Virus record (IMG/VR): IMGVR_UViG_3300028599_000005
Coordinates: 1-57,007 of that record
Direction: 5' to 3' (one strand)
DNA length: 57,007 nt
Source of the DNA: a virus
Lineage: Duplodnaviria; Caudoviricetes
In this document: positions 9,151-18,928 of the stretch, piece by piece
Layout of the letters: each line of letters begins with the position of its first letter
Numbering within the stretch: position 1 is the stretch's first letter
Translations under genes and position numbers: made by a program
Notes under the pieces: model-generated
The model's database searches: none
Seen by the model: the letters and a program-made list of their open reading frames with translations, nothing else
What the model was told of the DNA's origin: nothing

Positions 9151-10437
9151 TCAAGCGGCGTTCTGCAGTTCGGGCGGCATGATGACCGCGGCGCGCTGTT
9201 CCTCGTTCCTGACGATCAGACCCCTTGTCCCGGCCCATTCAGTCAGTTTTTCCAGATACCCGGAATCGTCCGCGTCGTCGCACAGGAACGCGGTACAGCG
9301 GTCCCCGAACACGTCGAAGAACTTCATACGGTCGCCCATCAGGCGCGGCGGGCCGTCAACCAGCCCCACGGCGAATTTGTCGGGCAGGGACGCCATGTCC
9401 TCGCTCAGATCGTACCAGCCATCCCGGATGGGACATTCGACGATGGCGATATTCAGCAAGCCGGCGCCGCGCGCCATATCCTCCAGCAGCGCGGCAAATC
9501 GCGGGTGATGTTCGATGCACCACACCGTCTGATTCGGGTTAGCCGCGGCCATCAATAGCGTGGTCAATCCCGAACCCGCCTCGATGATCGGACCGTTCGC
9601 CTTGCGCGCCAGCAGAACGGCGATGGACAATACGTCGGCCGGGGCGCCCCACGGATTGTTGACCGCTTTCAAGGCCTCCGCATAGCTGTCCAGGGTTTCG
9701 CATTTGTCGCGAATCTGTTCGGCCACATGACGCAGGCTTTGCCCCGCCTGACGCCTTAGCGACGCCGCAAGGCTGTCCTTGATGACCTGCTTGCCGCAAT
9801 GGCCGAGACGCATTTCCGCGGCCGCGTATACCTTGCCCCCTGCCTTGCGCCATTTGGCGCAGAAATTGATGTCGCCGCCCCAGCGCCTGCCATCCTCTAT
9901 CGAGCGTTCGAACAGCAGCGGGATTCCTTCCGTCCCGCCCTTGCGGAAGATTGCGGCGTCCTTCGCCAGCGTCTCCAGCACATGGCGGCGGATTCGCATG
10001 AAACCGGTGGGCAGGCCCTCGACCTCCAGCAACCCGTTCTTGTCCGGCTTGAACTTGCCCTTCATATTGCGGACTGGCATGCCCTCCTTGCCGGTGTGTC
10101 GGCGGTAGGGATAGACGCCGCCCACGAGGTCGCAGTCGTATTCGCAGAGTTGCACAAGATGCTCCGGCTCCCACGATACATCGGCATCGAGGAACACCAG
10201 ATCGCTGCAATCCGAGGCAAGGAATTCGCGCACCACGGTATTGCGGGCGTCATCGACGTGGCAGTTGCCCGACAGCAAAAGGTAGGAAGTCGGGAAGCCT
10301 GCCTCGTGCAGCGCCTCCCGGCTCCTTGCAATGGCAAAGGTGTAACTCGCATCCGGGCTGTCGTAGACAGTGGTCGCGAGCATGAACTTCCGCCCATCGG
10401 CCGGGGCGGGGCCGGCGTCGAGGTAGATGCTTGACAC
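9151..10437 (-). CDS. GT-A glycosyltransferase fused to class I SAM methyltransferase
   Basis: DDARN...FLDADVSW (DxD), PTGFMRI, DINFC; C-terminal IIEAGSG, CIEH and LVDGPP motifs. Confidence 0.75.
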   Translation of the reverse strand: MSSIYLDAGPAPADGRKFMLATTVYDSPDASYTFAIARSREALHEAGFPTSYLLLSGNCHVDDARNTVVREFLASDCSDLVFLDADVSWEPEHLVQLCEYDCDLVGGVYPYRRHTGKEGMPVRNMKGKFKPDKNGLLEVEGLPTGFMRIRRHVLETLAKDAAIFRKGGTEGIPLLFERSIEDGRRWGGDINFCAKWRKAGGKVYAAAEMRLGHCGKQVIKDSLAASLRRQAGQSLRHVAEQIRDKCETLDSYAEALKAVNNPWGAPADVLSIAVLLARKANGPIIEAGSGLTTLLMAAANPNQTVWCIEHHPRFAALLEDMARGAGLLNIAIVECPIRDGWYDLSEDMASLPDKFAVGLVDGPPRLMGDRMKFFDVFGDRCTAFLCDDADDSGYLEKLTEWAGTRGLIVRNEEQRAAVIMPPELQNAA

Positions 10438-10449
10438 CGGCCCGTTTCC

Positions 10450-10671
10450 CTAACCGCCGGTATTGATGATGTTCAGGCTCAACAGGGCCGTATAGAGCCT
10501 GTCGATCTTGGTTTCGTTGAGCGCCGTGGTCGCTGTCGTGGTGCCGACCGCCGTAATGGACGGCTGCACGACCGGCGTTGCGGTGCCGTAGAACCCGATC
10601 AGGTCGGTCGTCGTGTTCTGACCCAGAATCGTACCGTCAGGCCCGCCGTCGGAAAGCTGTTTTACAGCCAT
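10450..10671 (-). CDS. Small capsid-associated protein
   Basis: GAGGAG RBS; IGFYGTATPVVQP motif directly after the coat gene. Confidence 0.65.
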   Translation of the reverse strand: MAVKQLSDGGPDGTILGQNTTTDLIGFYGTATPVVQPSITAVGTTTATTALNETKIDRLYTALLSLNIINTGG

Positions 10672-10728
10672 GATAGTTCTCCTCAAATAGAGGCGGCGGG
10701 AGCTCAAGCCCCCGCCGCAGGATTGTGG

Positions 10729-11955
10729 TTAGCCGGTCACGCGGCAGGCGAGGTCGGGATAGATCGTCTTCACGCCGTAAAGGATATCGAGGCGGATGAT
10801 ATCGGTCGAGTTGATGATATCGTACGCCTTGATGACGCGAATCGAAATTCCGTCCTTGCTCTCCCGCGCCTTGAACGGGGCACCGTCGGGCATCTCCAGC
10901 GGAATCATGACCAGCGCGAATGCGTTTTCGTGGAAGGCGAGATTCTGCGGGTAGATGGTGCTGGCCGTCCCCACCACCGTAATGGCCGCGCCGTCGGCGA
11001 TGGTTGCCGAGATATTCTGGTACGGGCCGGTGAGGATCGGGGCCGGGGAGATCGTCAGCGTGGCGTTGCCGCCGCCGTCCGATGTCGCGGCGGCGGTGAC
11101 GACGAACTGCTGCAGGAAGTCCTGCGTGTCCTTGCTGACGGGGTTGACCGCGAACACGTTGGCGATTGTGAACACGTCGCCGGCATTGAGAATCGCCGTC
11201 GATGCGGTCCAGCCGTCGGTGATCAGGCTAGCCGTGTTGGTGGTCAGGCTCGCCGCGTAGGTGGTTTCCTGCGCCGCGCCGTTGGTCAAGGGAGTGCCAC
11301 CATGGGCACCGACCGTGTGCTTCTTGATGTTCTGGTCGGCATAGTTGGTGAACCCGGCATAGCGCCCGAAGCTCGCTTCCTCGAATGCGGGGAGCGCCTT
11401 GTCGGGCAGAATCTGGACGAAGGTGCTTTTCAGCCCATCGGCCAGCGACCATGCCGCCGCCGGATCCCACACCGCGCTGCGGTTCTGTTTGGGAACGGCC
11501 ATTTCGTCGAGCCTTTGACCGGCCGCGCCGACATCGAGGAAGTTTGCAGGGGTCGTGCCCGGCGTGCCGACGTGATTCCACACATCGACATACCTTGCGG
11601 CGATATCGGCATCGACCTGGTTGGCCAGCGAGATCGTCGCCGGCTTGATGTAGCGCTCCGAATATTCCTCGATTGAGAGCGTCAAATCCTGATCGAGGAA
11701 TTCCCAGCCGACATGCTTGCGCTGGTCGACAACGATATCGGTGTTGCCTTCCTCGACATCCTGCTTGATGAGTGTGGCGCCGTCCTGGGCGGTGAACTTG
11801 ACGGGCTTGCGGATGTTAACCGTCGCACCCTTCTTGATCCCCTCCCATTCCCTGCGGTATCGCCTGTGGACAACGTTCGGCAGAACCAGGTTGTTTTCCA
11901 ACTGCATGAGCGCCTCACGCGCAATATGCGTCGGAGTCAGAATATTGTTAGCCAT
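10729..11955 (-). CDS. Major capsid protein (P22 coat family)
   Basis: MANNILT..., GATVNIRKP, NLAFHENAFALV, RLDILYG. Confidence 0.92.
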   Translation of the reverse strand: MANNILTPTHIAREALMQLENNLVLPNVVHRRYRREWEGIKKGATVNIRKPVKFTAQDGATLIKQDVEEGNTDIVVDQRKHVGWEFLDQDLTLSIEEYSERYIKPATISLANQVDADIAARYVDVWNHVGTPGTTPANFLDVGAAGQRLDEMAVPKQNRSAVWDPAAAWSLADGLKSTFVQILPDKALPAFEEASFGRYAGFTNYADQNIKKHTVGAHGGTPLTNGAAQETTYAASLTTNTASLITDGWTASTAILNAGDVFTIANVFAVNPVSKDTQDFLQQFVVTAAATSDGGGNATLTISPAPILTGPYQNISATIADGAAITVVGTASTIYPQNLAFHENAFALVMIPLEMPDGAPFKARESKDGISIRVIKAYDIINSTDIIRLDILYGVKTIYPDLACRVTG

Positions 11956-12025
11956 TTAGATCTCCATCGGGCCGCCCCGGGGCGGCACTGGGCTGGCCGG
12001 CGTCTCACGACGCTGGCGTTGATAC

Positions 12026-12901
12026 TCAGCGCTTCAGCTTGGCTGCGTAGCCTCGCGATTCCCGATACTGCTCATGGGTCATCTTATCCGGATCGAGAAC
12101 GGCGGTATCTCCGCCGCCCCCTACCGGTTCGACCGGATCGGGTGCGCTGGTGGTTTTCGGTTTCGGCTTCGCGGTTGCGAGCTTGGCTCCGATGGCGCCC
12201 ATCTCTGTCGCGGCGGAAACGGGATCAAGAAGTGCGATCCTGTCCGCCTCATCGGGATTCTGGCTAATGTGGTAGACCACATCGGGCCCGTTCGGCAGCC
12301 GCATGGCCGCCTCGCGCATGGAATCGTTCCACTGCGCGGGAGAATTATCGATCACGTCGTCGTAATCGTCGTATTTCGCGCGGGCCTCGGCCTCGCGCTC
12401 GCCGAACTGTTCGCCCAGCGTTCGTTTCTGCTGATCCTGCTTATTTTGACGCGCGGCCTCTTCCGCGCGCCTCGACGCCTCGGCTTGCTGTGCCTGAGCC
12501 TCCTGCCGCGTCTCGTGGCGGTCGAAGGCCCTGTGCGCGGCCAGCCATTCGTCGTCTGTCTCGTAGGTGTCGCGCGCGCCGGGTTTCGGCGGCGCCGTTT
12601 CGGCGGGCTGGACGCTGAGCTTGCCGCGCAGTTCGGCGGCTTCAATCTCGGCCTTGCGTGCCGCGGCCTCGGCCTGCTTGCGGCGGCCTACCTCGGAGTT
12701 GATGCGCTTGCGCGTCTTCTCCGCCTGCCTCTCGCGCGCTTCCTCGGCTTCCTGTTCCGGTGTCTTGGTCTCTGGCGCCTGAGGTTCAATTCCTGCGTCG
12801 GGCGCTGCGCCCTCGCCTTCCGGCGCTTTGGGGAGGTCTTCGGCGGGCTTGACGCCCTCGCCAGCCGTCGATGCGACGGACTGCGGGTTAGGTTCGGTCA
12901 T
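12026..12901 (-). CDS. Scaffolding protein
   Basis: Acidic helical protein between portal and coat; KYDDYD, GPDVVYH, APDPVEPVGG. Confidence 0.85.
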   Translation of the reverse strand: MTEPNPQSVASTAGEGVKPAEDLPKAPEGEGAAPDAGIEPQAPETKTPEQEAEEARERQAEKTRKRINSEVGRRKQAEAAARKAEIEAAELRGKLSVQPAETAPPKPGARDTYETDDEWLAAHRAFDRHETRQEAQAQQAEASRRAEEAARQNKQDQQKRTLGEQFGEREAEARAKYDDYDDVIDNSPAQWNDSMREAAMRLPNGPDVVYHISQNPDEADRIALLDPVSAATEMGAIGAKLATAKPKPKTTSAPDPVEPVGGGGDTAVLDPDKMTHEQYRESRGYAAKLKR

Positions 12902-12915
12902 TGGTTCCTCGGTGG

Positions 12916-14991
12916 TTAGGTGGATGAAGCGGGCTGCAACACCCGCGCGACTTCCGTTGCGACCACGGCGCTCAACAGTTCGGACAGCGTGCCGTCCTGC
13001 AGCGCCAATTCGAGTGCTTTGGCGGCGTTGTCCAGTTGCTGGCCATCGGTTTGCGCCTCGGTGCGCTCCGCCTCGGCCTGCATCTTGAATATCGACGCCT
13101 GGGATTTGGCGATTTCCGCATCGATTTTTGCGAGTTCAGCCTGTTTCCCGGCCAATTCGAGTTCGACCGCCATCTGTTCGATCTGCTGCTGTTGCTGCGC
13201 GGCCTGCTCCTGCTGTTCGCGCGCCTGAATCTCAGCCTCGTCCGGGTCATTGTCTTCCTCGGCGAGTCCCGGCGGCAGCAGCTTCCGCAGGCGTTCCGCG
13301 ATTATGTCGGCGCCGGGCCAATCCATGTTTTTGGCGATTAAATCCCCGATCGCGGCGGCGCTTTGCGGCACGGCCTGCGCGAAATCCATCATCGAGGCCG
13401 CGGATTCAGTTCTTCTGGTGGAAAAACTCGGGCCGGTCGTCACCTTGACATCGTATTTGCCGGCGCTGACATCGTTCGCCAATACCTGCTGACCATTATC
13501 GTCGAGCTTCGCGGTCCCGTCCCGATTCAGCACCGGGACGTTGATCGGCACAAAGTCTTCCGTATCGTCTTCCCCGAGAATCCGGACAATCCTCTCGGTG
13601 TCGTAAATCTTCGGGATCAGATCGACCAGGATGTCCCCGCCGTGGCTGATCGCGCGCGCGAGGTTGTCGATATAGACGAACGTGCCTACGTCGCCTTCCA
13701 GCTTGCGTTCCCGGATCGCCACCCCGGAGGTCTCGTTGCTTTGCGCGCCCAACGACGGCGGGAATATCCCCGTGGTGCCGTTCATGTCGTCCGACGCGAA
13801 CTGGGCTTCCGAGAACAAAGCCGTCGGCAATGTCGGCGGCTGGTTGCGTTGCGGCGCACCCGGCGCTTCCGGATCGGGCGTCCACGTCAGATAGGCCGGA
13901 TTGCCCTTGTTTGCGTTGTCCCAGGCGGGCTTATTGCCCTCGATCTGCGCCGCCGTTATTAGCCAGGGGGCTTTCGGGCTGGCGCTGATCGCCTCCGCGG
14001 CCATCGTGCGGGAAAAGTTGTACAGCCTTTGCGAGTCCTTGGCGAAGCGGATAATGCCGTGGCGCACCTCACGGTCCCCGATGTGGATTTCCTCGCCCAC
14101 CACCGGGATAACCGGGATATGCTTGCCGGCCCATGGCATTGGCCCTTCCAGGATTTCGGCGCCGCTCATCTTGTACCACTCTACTCGATGAGTCTTGACA
14201 TCGCGCTTGCGCGTGATTTCCAGGTCACCAAGCATCGCCTTGTCGTAATCGGTAACGTCCAGCGTTTCGCCGCTCTCCAGCAGCACCAGTTTGCGGGTAA
14301 TGGGCCGCTTGATCCAGTACTCCGCGACCCGAACGGTATCATCGCGTTCCCAGCCGGTGAAGTCCTCCGTTATTCCGGCTGCCTCAAAATCCGCCGACCG
14401 CGCCTCCGGCCATTGCGCCTCGAAATCCTCTTTCTGCAGCCGCTCAGTGACGAAACACCAGGATGCGTCGGACTTGGTAAGCTCCTCGGCTCCCGGATCC
14501 CAATAGACCGAGAAAGGATTCCTGACGCGCTTGATCCTGATGTCCTGCTCGAACGTATCGTCGTCCGAGAACTGCGTCAGGATGCGGAAATGCCCGATGC
14601 CGCAGTTCGCCGCGCTCTCCGCCGCCGTGATATAGGCGCTCTGCGCATCGCTGGCCTGCTCGATATGGCGCGTCATGCCGCTCAAGGTCTCGGCCATGTC
14701 GGCATCGGCCTCGCCACCCGCCGGCCGGACCTTTATCGACGGCTTGTTCAGGCGAATATCACCCGTGACCTGGCGCACGAACTTGCCCATCAGGTTGATG
14801 GTCAGCATCGGGCGCTCCTCGGACTTGCGCTGCGCCGCGATATCGTCCGGCCATTGTTCACCGGCGCGGAATTTCAGGTCGTCCAGTTCCTCGGCGCGCT
14901 GGTCCTGCTCCTTGCGCCAGACCCGCTCGAATCGTTTGCGGGCCAGATCGAGAACGCCGTCCTCTGTGGATTTGGCTTTCTTGACCGCCAT
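12916..14991 (-). CDS. Portal protein (P22 gp1-like)
   Basis: 691 aa; GEQWP, RPMLTIN, SNETSGVAI, GKYDV..GPSF motifs. Confidence 0.92.
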   Translation of the reverse strand: MAVKKAKSTEDGVLDLARKRFERVWRKEQDQRAEELDDLKFRAGEQWPDDIAAQRKSEERPMLTINLMGKFVRQVTGDIRLNKPSIKVRPAGGEADADMAETLSGMTRHIEQASDAQSAYITAAESAANCGIGHFRILTQFSDDDTFEQDIRIKRVRNPFSVYWDPGAEELTKSDASWCFVTERLQKEDFEAQWPEARSADFEAAGITEDFTGWERDDTVRVAEYWIKRPITRKLVLLESGETLDVTDYDKAMLGDLEITRKRDVKTHRVEWYKMSGAEILEGPMPWAGKHIPVIPVVGEEIHIGDREVRHGIIRFAKDSQRLYNFSRTMAAEAISASPKAPWLITAAQIEGNKPAWDNANKGNPAYLTWTPDPEAPGAPQRNQPPTLPTALFSEAQFASDDMNGTTGIFPPSLGAQSNETSGVAIRERKLEGDVGTFVYIDNLARAISHGGDILVDLIPKIYDTERIVRILGEDDTEDFVPINVPVLNRDGTAKLDDNGQQVLANDVSAGKYDVKVTTGPSFSTRRTESAASMMDFAQAVPQSAAAIGDLIAKNMDWPGADIIAERLRKLLPPGLAEEDNDPDEAEIQAREQQEQAAQQQQQIEQMAVELELAGKQAELAKIDAEIAKSQASIFKMQAEAERTEAQTDGQQLDNAAKALELALQDGTLSELLSAVVATEVARVLQPASST

Positions 14992-15287
14992 CAGGCGCTG
15001 TCGTCCGGGATGTCGAACATCTTGCGAACCACGTGCTCCGCGTCGACTTTGCCGATTTTGCGCAGCAGCTGCACCTTGGCAAATTCAGGCACGAGGGCGC
15101 CGGTAAGGCCGTCGCTCTGCCAAAAACTCGCCGACGCCTTCAAGTCCTTGTCCCATGTGACCAAGGCATATCCCGCCATGTCGCCTTGCTTGCGCTCATG
15201 CCGGACGGCCGATTCCAGATTTTCGACTGCAAGCCGCCGCCTGCGCTTCGCGACAGTGTTGCGGTGGACCGTGAGATTGACGGCCAC
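14991..15287 (-). CDS. Hypothetical protein
   Basis: GTG start overlapping the upstream TAG; stop overlaps the portal ATG. Confidence 0.55.
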   Translation of the reverse strand: MAVNLTVHRNTVAKRRRRLAVENLESAVRHERKQGDMAGYALVTWDKDLKASASFWQSDGLTGALVPEFAKVQLLRKIGKVDAEHVVRKMFDIPDDSA

Positions 15288-15409
15288 TACTTCGTCCTCG
15301 TGCCGCCGCTCTTGTTGCCAGCCTTGGTGGGCTTCGGCTTGCCCTTCCCCGATCCCTTGGACGGCCTGGGTGACTTCTTGGAACCGAGATATCCTTCGCC
15401 TTTGGGCAT
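15287..15409 (-). CDS. 40-aa Lys/Gly-rich basic peptide (not in ORF track)
   Basis: GGAGG RBS; MPKGEGYLGSKKSPRPSKGSGKGKPKPTKAGNKSGGTRTK*. Confidence 0.65.
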   Translation of the reverse strand: MPKGEGYLGSKKSPRPSKGSGKGKPKPTKAGNKSGGTRTK

Positions 15410-15422
15410 TCAATCCTCCATG

Positions 15423-15445
15423 AAAAAGGCCCGCCGAAGCGGACC
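15423..15445 (-). terminator. Intrinsic terminator
   Basis: GGTCCGC-TTCG-GCGGGCC followed by TTTTT on the minus strand. Confidence 0.65.
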
Positions 15446-15471
15446 GTGGAACGAAACTGTGGTGGTTTAGG

Positions 15472-15846
15472 TCAGTCTGGCTCGGAATCTGGATAGATTT
15501 CGCGGAGTTCGTCCTCGGACACCCACTTGACCGGCATGTAGTCCGGTGGCCAGGTTTCCGCCTCTTTGGGAATGTCGTGCTCGTCCCCCGTCTCAAGCCA
15601 TTTGGCGAACCGCTCGGCAAGACCAAGTGTCGTCGCGGGGATATCGATTAAGACAGGTCGTTCGATTTCATCAATCGTCTTGGCATATGTTCCGGACACC
15701 ACCCGAGAAGCCGCCCGCAGCGCCTCTATGCGATAGTCACCCCGTCGTTTGGCGTGGTGTGCTGCCCTCACATCAATCTCATACCGTGTTTCCTTGGCAT
15801 CCAAATCGTTCAGATGCCTGTTTTCCGCTTCTTCGCGCCTACCCAT
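15472..15846 (-). CDS. Hypothetical protein
   Basis: ORF coupled to the upstream gene. Confidence 0.6.
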   Translation of the reverse strand: MGRREEAENRHLNDLDAKETRYEIDVRAAHHAKRRGDYRIEALRAASRVVSGTYAKTIDEIERPVLIDIPATTLGLAERFAKWLETGDEHDIPKEAETWPPDYMPVKWVSEDELREIYPDSEPD

Positions 15847-16222
15847 CACGCTTCCTCTTCTCGCGCATCCGCAGACGGTTGGCCTCGCGGACCCTCTCGG
15901 CATGGCGCTCGCGATAGTCTTTCTGCTTCTGAGCGGCGGTTAGGGCAACGCCGGCAGCCGTGTCGGATATCTCACCGCGTTTGACCTTCTCGCGTACTTC
16001 TTCGTTGAGGGGCTCGACCACGCGCTTCCCACCCCGGCTTGCTTTCGGCGGCTGTGGTAAATCGGCTTCACCTCCCACAGTATCGTCTACTTGCTCACGG
16101 GCCTTAGCCTTGTCCGTCGGCCCCTCACTTCGATAACCCCTCGGCAACGGACAAATTCCCTTGGGACAGCGTTCCGTCGCGTGATGATAGGTTTGGCAGT
16201 TCTTCTGAAACGGCGGCTTCAT
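15839..16222 (-). CDS. Hypothetical protein with basic LTAAQKQKDYRER helix (possible DNA binding)
   Basis: ATGA overlap; basic C-terminal motif. Confidence 0.55.
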   Translation of the reverse strand: MKPPFQKNCQTYHHATERCPKGICPLPRGYRSEGPTDKAKAREQVDDTVGGEADLPQPPKASRGGKRVVEPLNEEVREKVKRGEISDTAAGVALTAAQKQKDYRERHAERVREANRLRMREKRKRDG

Positions 16223-16386
16223 TCAACCGCCTTCACCCAATCGTCGATTTTCGCCGCTTCCTTCAAAACGTTATCAATGTCCGTAAAATCACCAGCGAGC
16301 TTTATCGCCAATTCCAAAGACATGAAGCGACGAGACTCAACCTCATCAATTGTGCGCCCAATGGACTCACGAACCGTCTCAGTCAT
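16219..16386 (-). CDS. 55-aa hypothetical protein (not in ORF track)
   Basis: GAGG RBS; MTETVRESIG...DDWVKAVE*; ATGA overlap. Confidence 0.6.
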   Translation of the reverse strand: MTETVRESIGRTIDEVESRRFMSLELAIKLAGDFTDIDNVLKEAAKIDDWVKAVE

Positions 16387-16463
16387 GTGCGTTACCTCAG
16401 TTGGTTAATCGGTAACGCACAGTAACGGACAACGGTAACGGACGCAAGGGAAAAGTAACGCAC
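16387..16463 (-). promoter_or_regulatory. Sigma70-type promoter with GTAACGSAC repeats
   Basis: TTGCGT-17-TACTGT on minus; four direct and one inverted copy of GTAACG(C/G)AC. Confidence 0.6.
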
Positions 16464-16516
16464 TACCACTTGTGAATATCGTGATTGCCACTGGTCATAT
16501 CCGGCGAGCAGCAGCC

Positions 16517-18064
16517 TCACCCGCCCAGCCATCCGTGGGCGCTGCCGCCCGAGGACCGGCCCGACGGTTCTTCCCTGGGCTTGAGCTTCGCGGCCCATGC
16601 ATACACGACTGCATCGCCACGATCAGGCGAGCGGCCGAGCCGCTTTATCATGCCTTCCTTGCTCTCGACATAGATTTTCGGCGGCTTGCCGGGCCTCACC
16701 TCATATGTCGGGGCGGTGAGATCGGCTTGCAACGTTGGATCGGGCGGCAAGGCGAGCCCCACCCCGTAATCCGGGTCAAGCGACTCGCGAAGCTGCCACC
16801 ACATTTCCGAGCGCTTGGTGACGAACCCGAAATTCTTGTCCCGCGTGAGGCGATTCGATCGGGTCGCTCCATTCAAACTATCGAGGCTCATCCCGGTATT
16901 CTTGAACGCCGTTTCCGCATCGGCGCCGACCCCTATTGAATCGAGGCCGACAACCGCGCCGTCGCGCAGCTTGCCCGCGGTCAAGGCGACAACGCTCGGT
17001 CCATCGGGCGTTTCCCGGCCAGGAACAACCGTCAATGTGTCAAACCACCGGTCGAAGCGCGGCGCTACTACGGTTTCGTCCCTTCCGCCGCGCGCAACGT
17101 CGACACCGACCGCCGTCATCGGCACGTCTTTGGGTTTTCCCTCGCGCCATCTCTCGTTAGCGGCGAGTATCCACGGTGTCGGGATTACCTGCCACGCGGA
17201 GTCCTCGCGCGCCGCCATGAAATTGCCATCGCGTATCGCCGACCGAATCGGCTCCGGCATGGCATCGAGCGCCGCTTGGTAGTTGGTTCTCGCCAGCGTC
17301 GGGTTGTCGCTCAGCTTCGCCGGGATGAAGGTGCGCGACATCGGGCGGTAAGCCTTGCCATCCCATTCCCGGACATCATCCGGCCCACCCGCCTCAACGT
17401 CCTTGCCGTCGGGGTCGACCAGAAACCATCGCAGTTCGCCATGTTCGGCACGGTCCGGATACATCGGGTCGAGCCAGGGCCGGAACATTCCAACAATCCA
17501 CTCACCATCAGCGCTCAGGGGCGGGTTGGAGGCCAGCACCGACCGGCACCGTATGTCAAGGTCCGCTTCGTCCCTCGGGCGTATCCAGCCCATCAGGAAC
17601 CGCACCTGCGCCTCAAGGAACTGCGTTACCTCGTCAATCCCCAGAAGGTCATGCGCCTGGCCCTGCCAATGCTGCTCGTCGTCCGGCTTCGCGGCGGCGC
17701 CGAAGTCTATCAAACGCCCATCGGTCCTCAGTTTCGGGGGCGGACTTCCGTTGAAGCCATCCCGCGTACCATTGATTGCGAGCACCCGGTCAATCATCGC
17801 ACCCAGATCGGTATATTGACGCCGCATGACCAGAGAATTCTTATGTGCCGTCAATGCCAGCCCGGCTATCAGGTCGCTCTTGCCGCCGCCGCCCTGGCCG
17901 CCATACAGCAGAATATCTGCGGCGCAGAAATACGCCTCCGTCTGCGGACCGGGATTGGGCACCCATTTTATCCCGGACTGGCGCTCCAGGACATCCTTCC
18001 TGAGCTGATCCCTGTCCGCTTCCGGCATCGCGCCAAGGCGGGCCAGAACGTCATCGAGGTTCAT
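16517..18064 (-). CDS. terL: Terminase large subunit
   Basis: Walker A GGQGGGGKS, Walker B LGIDE, ASNP, nuclease GVDVARGGRD and SPDRGDA. Confidence 0.95.
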   Translation of the reverse strand: MNLDDVLARLGAMPEADRDQLRKDVLERQSGIKWVPNPGPQTEAYFCAADILLYGGQGGGGKSDLIAGLALTAHKNSLVMRRQYTDLGAMIDRVLAINGTRDGFNGSPPPKLRTDGRLIDFGAAAKPDDEQHWQGQAHDLLGIDEVTQFLEAQVRFLMGWIRPRDEADLDIRCRSVLASNPPLSADGEWIVGMFRPWLDPMYPDRAEHGELRWFLVDPDGKDVEAGGPDDVREWDGKAYRPMSRTFIPAKLSDNPTLARTNYQAALDAMPEPIRSAIRDGNFMAAREDSAWQVIPTPWILAANERWREGKPKDVPMTAVGVDVARGGRDETVVAPRFDRWFDTLTVVPGRETPDGPSVVALTAGKLRDGAVVGLDSIGVGADAETAFKNTGMSLDSLNGATRSNRLTRDKNFGFVTKRSEMWWQLRESLDPDYGVGLALPPDPTLQADLTAPTYEVRPGKPPKIYVESKEGMIKRLGRSPDRGDAVVYAWAAKLKPREEPSGRSSGGSAHGWLGG

Positions 18065-18603
18065 TCCTTCATGACGCCCTTCGTCATCGCAAAGGCCAGC
18101 CGGCGCGCAAACTCCAAATCACTGACCTCGATCGGCTTGCCATCGGGCCCGGAATGTTCATGCTTGCTCGGGAACATACCCAGATGGCGACCGACATCAA
18201 CCAGGGCCCCGCGCTTGTCATGCAGCTTGAGGCGAATTGTTCTGCCCTTTTCCGTCACGGTCTCGCTGACCTCAGCAACCACGGCCTGCTGCTCTGGTGT
18301 CAGATCTTCCTTCGGTTTCAGCTTCACGCCGTCCGGACCCCAGTCGAAATACTCACCGGCATTAGCGAAGCCTATCAACGCCAGCTCGCGCAGAACATTG
18401 TCGACCGTGATCTTTGTCCGCTCGGAGCGTTCCACTTGTGCTTCCGCGACGGCCTCGGCTATCTGAGGTTTTCTGAGGTTGTCGTAACCTTGCTCCGACG
18501 CCGTTTTTTTGCTGTACCCAGCCCTGATTGCAGCCTGCGTCGCATTTAGATCGATCAGAAATTCTTCAACAAAGCGCGCCTGTTTAGGGGTCAGGTCCGG
18601 CAT
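18061..18603 (-). CDS. terS: Terminase small subunit
   Basis: LTPKQARFVEEFLIDLNATQAAIRAGYS. Confidence 0.95.
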   Translation of the reverse strand: MPDLTPKQARFVEEFLIDLNATQAAIRAGYSKKTASEQGYDNLRKPQIAEAVAEAQVERSERTKITVDNVLRELALIGFANAGEYFDWGPDGVKLKPKEDLTPEQQAVVAEVSETVTEKGRTIRLKLHDKRGALVDVGRHLGMFPSKHEHSGPDGKPIEVSDLEFARRLAFAMTKGVMKE

Positions 18604-18663
18604 TCATATCCTCCAGCCGCTCACACGCCAGCTTGATATACAGCGGCGCCTGTCGCGCTGCCT

Positions 18664-18846
18664 TCATGCGGTTGACGACGCCTTCGCTTCCAAGGCCTCC
18701 AGGGCCAGTTCATGTTCGTTGATCAACCGGCTCTTGCCGGCCTCGCGCGCTATGACCGTGTCACGGCCAACGCCAAGCAGTTCACTGAATTGCTCCTGGG
18801 TCAGCCCCAGCTGCTGGCGGCGCGCTCTGTAATCCTCTCGGTTCAT
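18664..18846 (-). CDS. Small XRE-HTH regulator (Aca-like), probably leaderless
   Basis: RQQLGLTQEQFSELLGVGRDTV; ATG 6 nt after the -10 box. Confidence 0.8.
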   Translation of the reverse strand: MNREDYRARRQQLGLTQEQFSELLGVGRDTVIAREAGKSRLINEHELALEALEAKASSTA

Positions 18847-18852
18847 CCCCAC

Positions 18853-18928
18853 AATATATGCCGGGATGAGAAAAGTTGCAATACCCAACATTTTATGGGT
18901 TGACTTCTTTGTCGGGTTTCCCTACATT
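18853..18928. promoter_or_regulatory. Divergent promoters with palindromic operator
   Basis: Minus TTGCAA-17-TATATT (18881-18853); plus TTGACT-17-TACATT (18900-18928); TGTCGGG-N3-CCCTACA palindrome 18910-18926. Confidence 0.7.

Noticed and set aside
14029-15423. Long + strand ORFs antisense to portal, terminase and other structural genes
   Set aside because: Shadow ORFs typical of GC-rich coding DNA, without motifs or RBS
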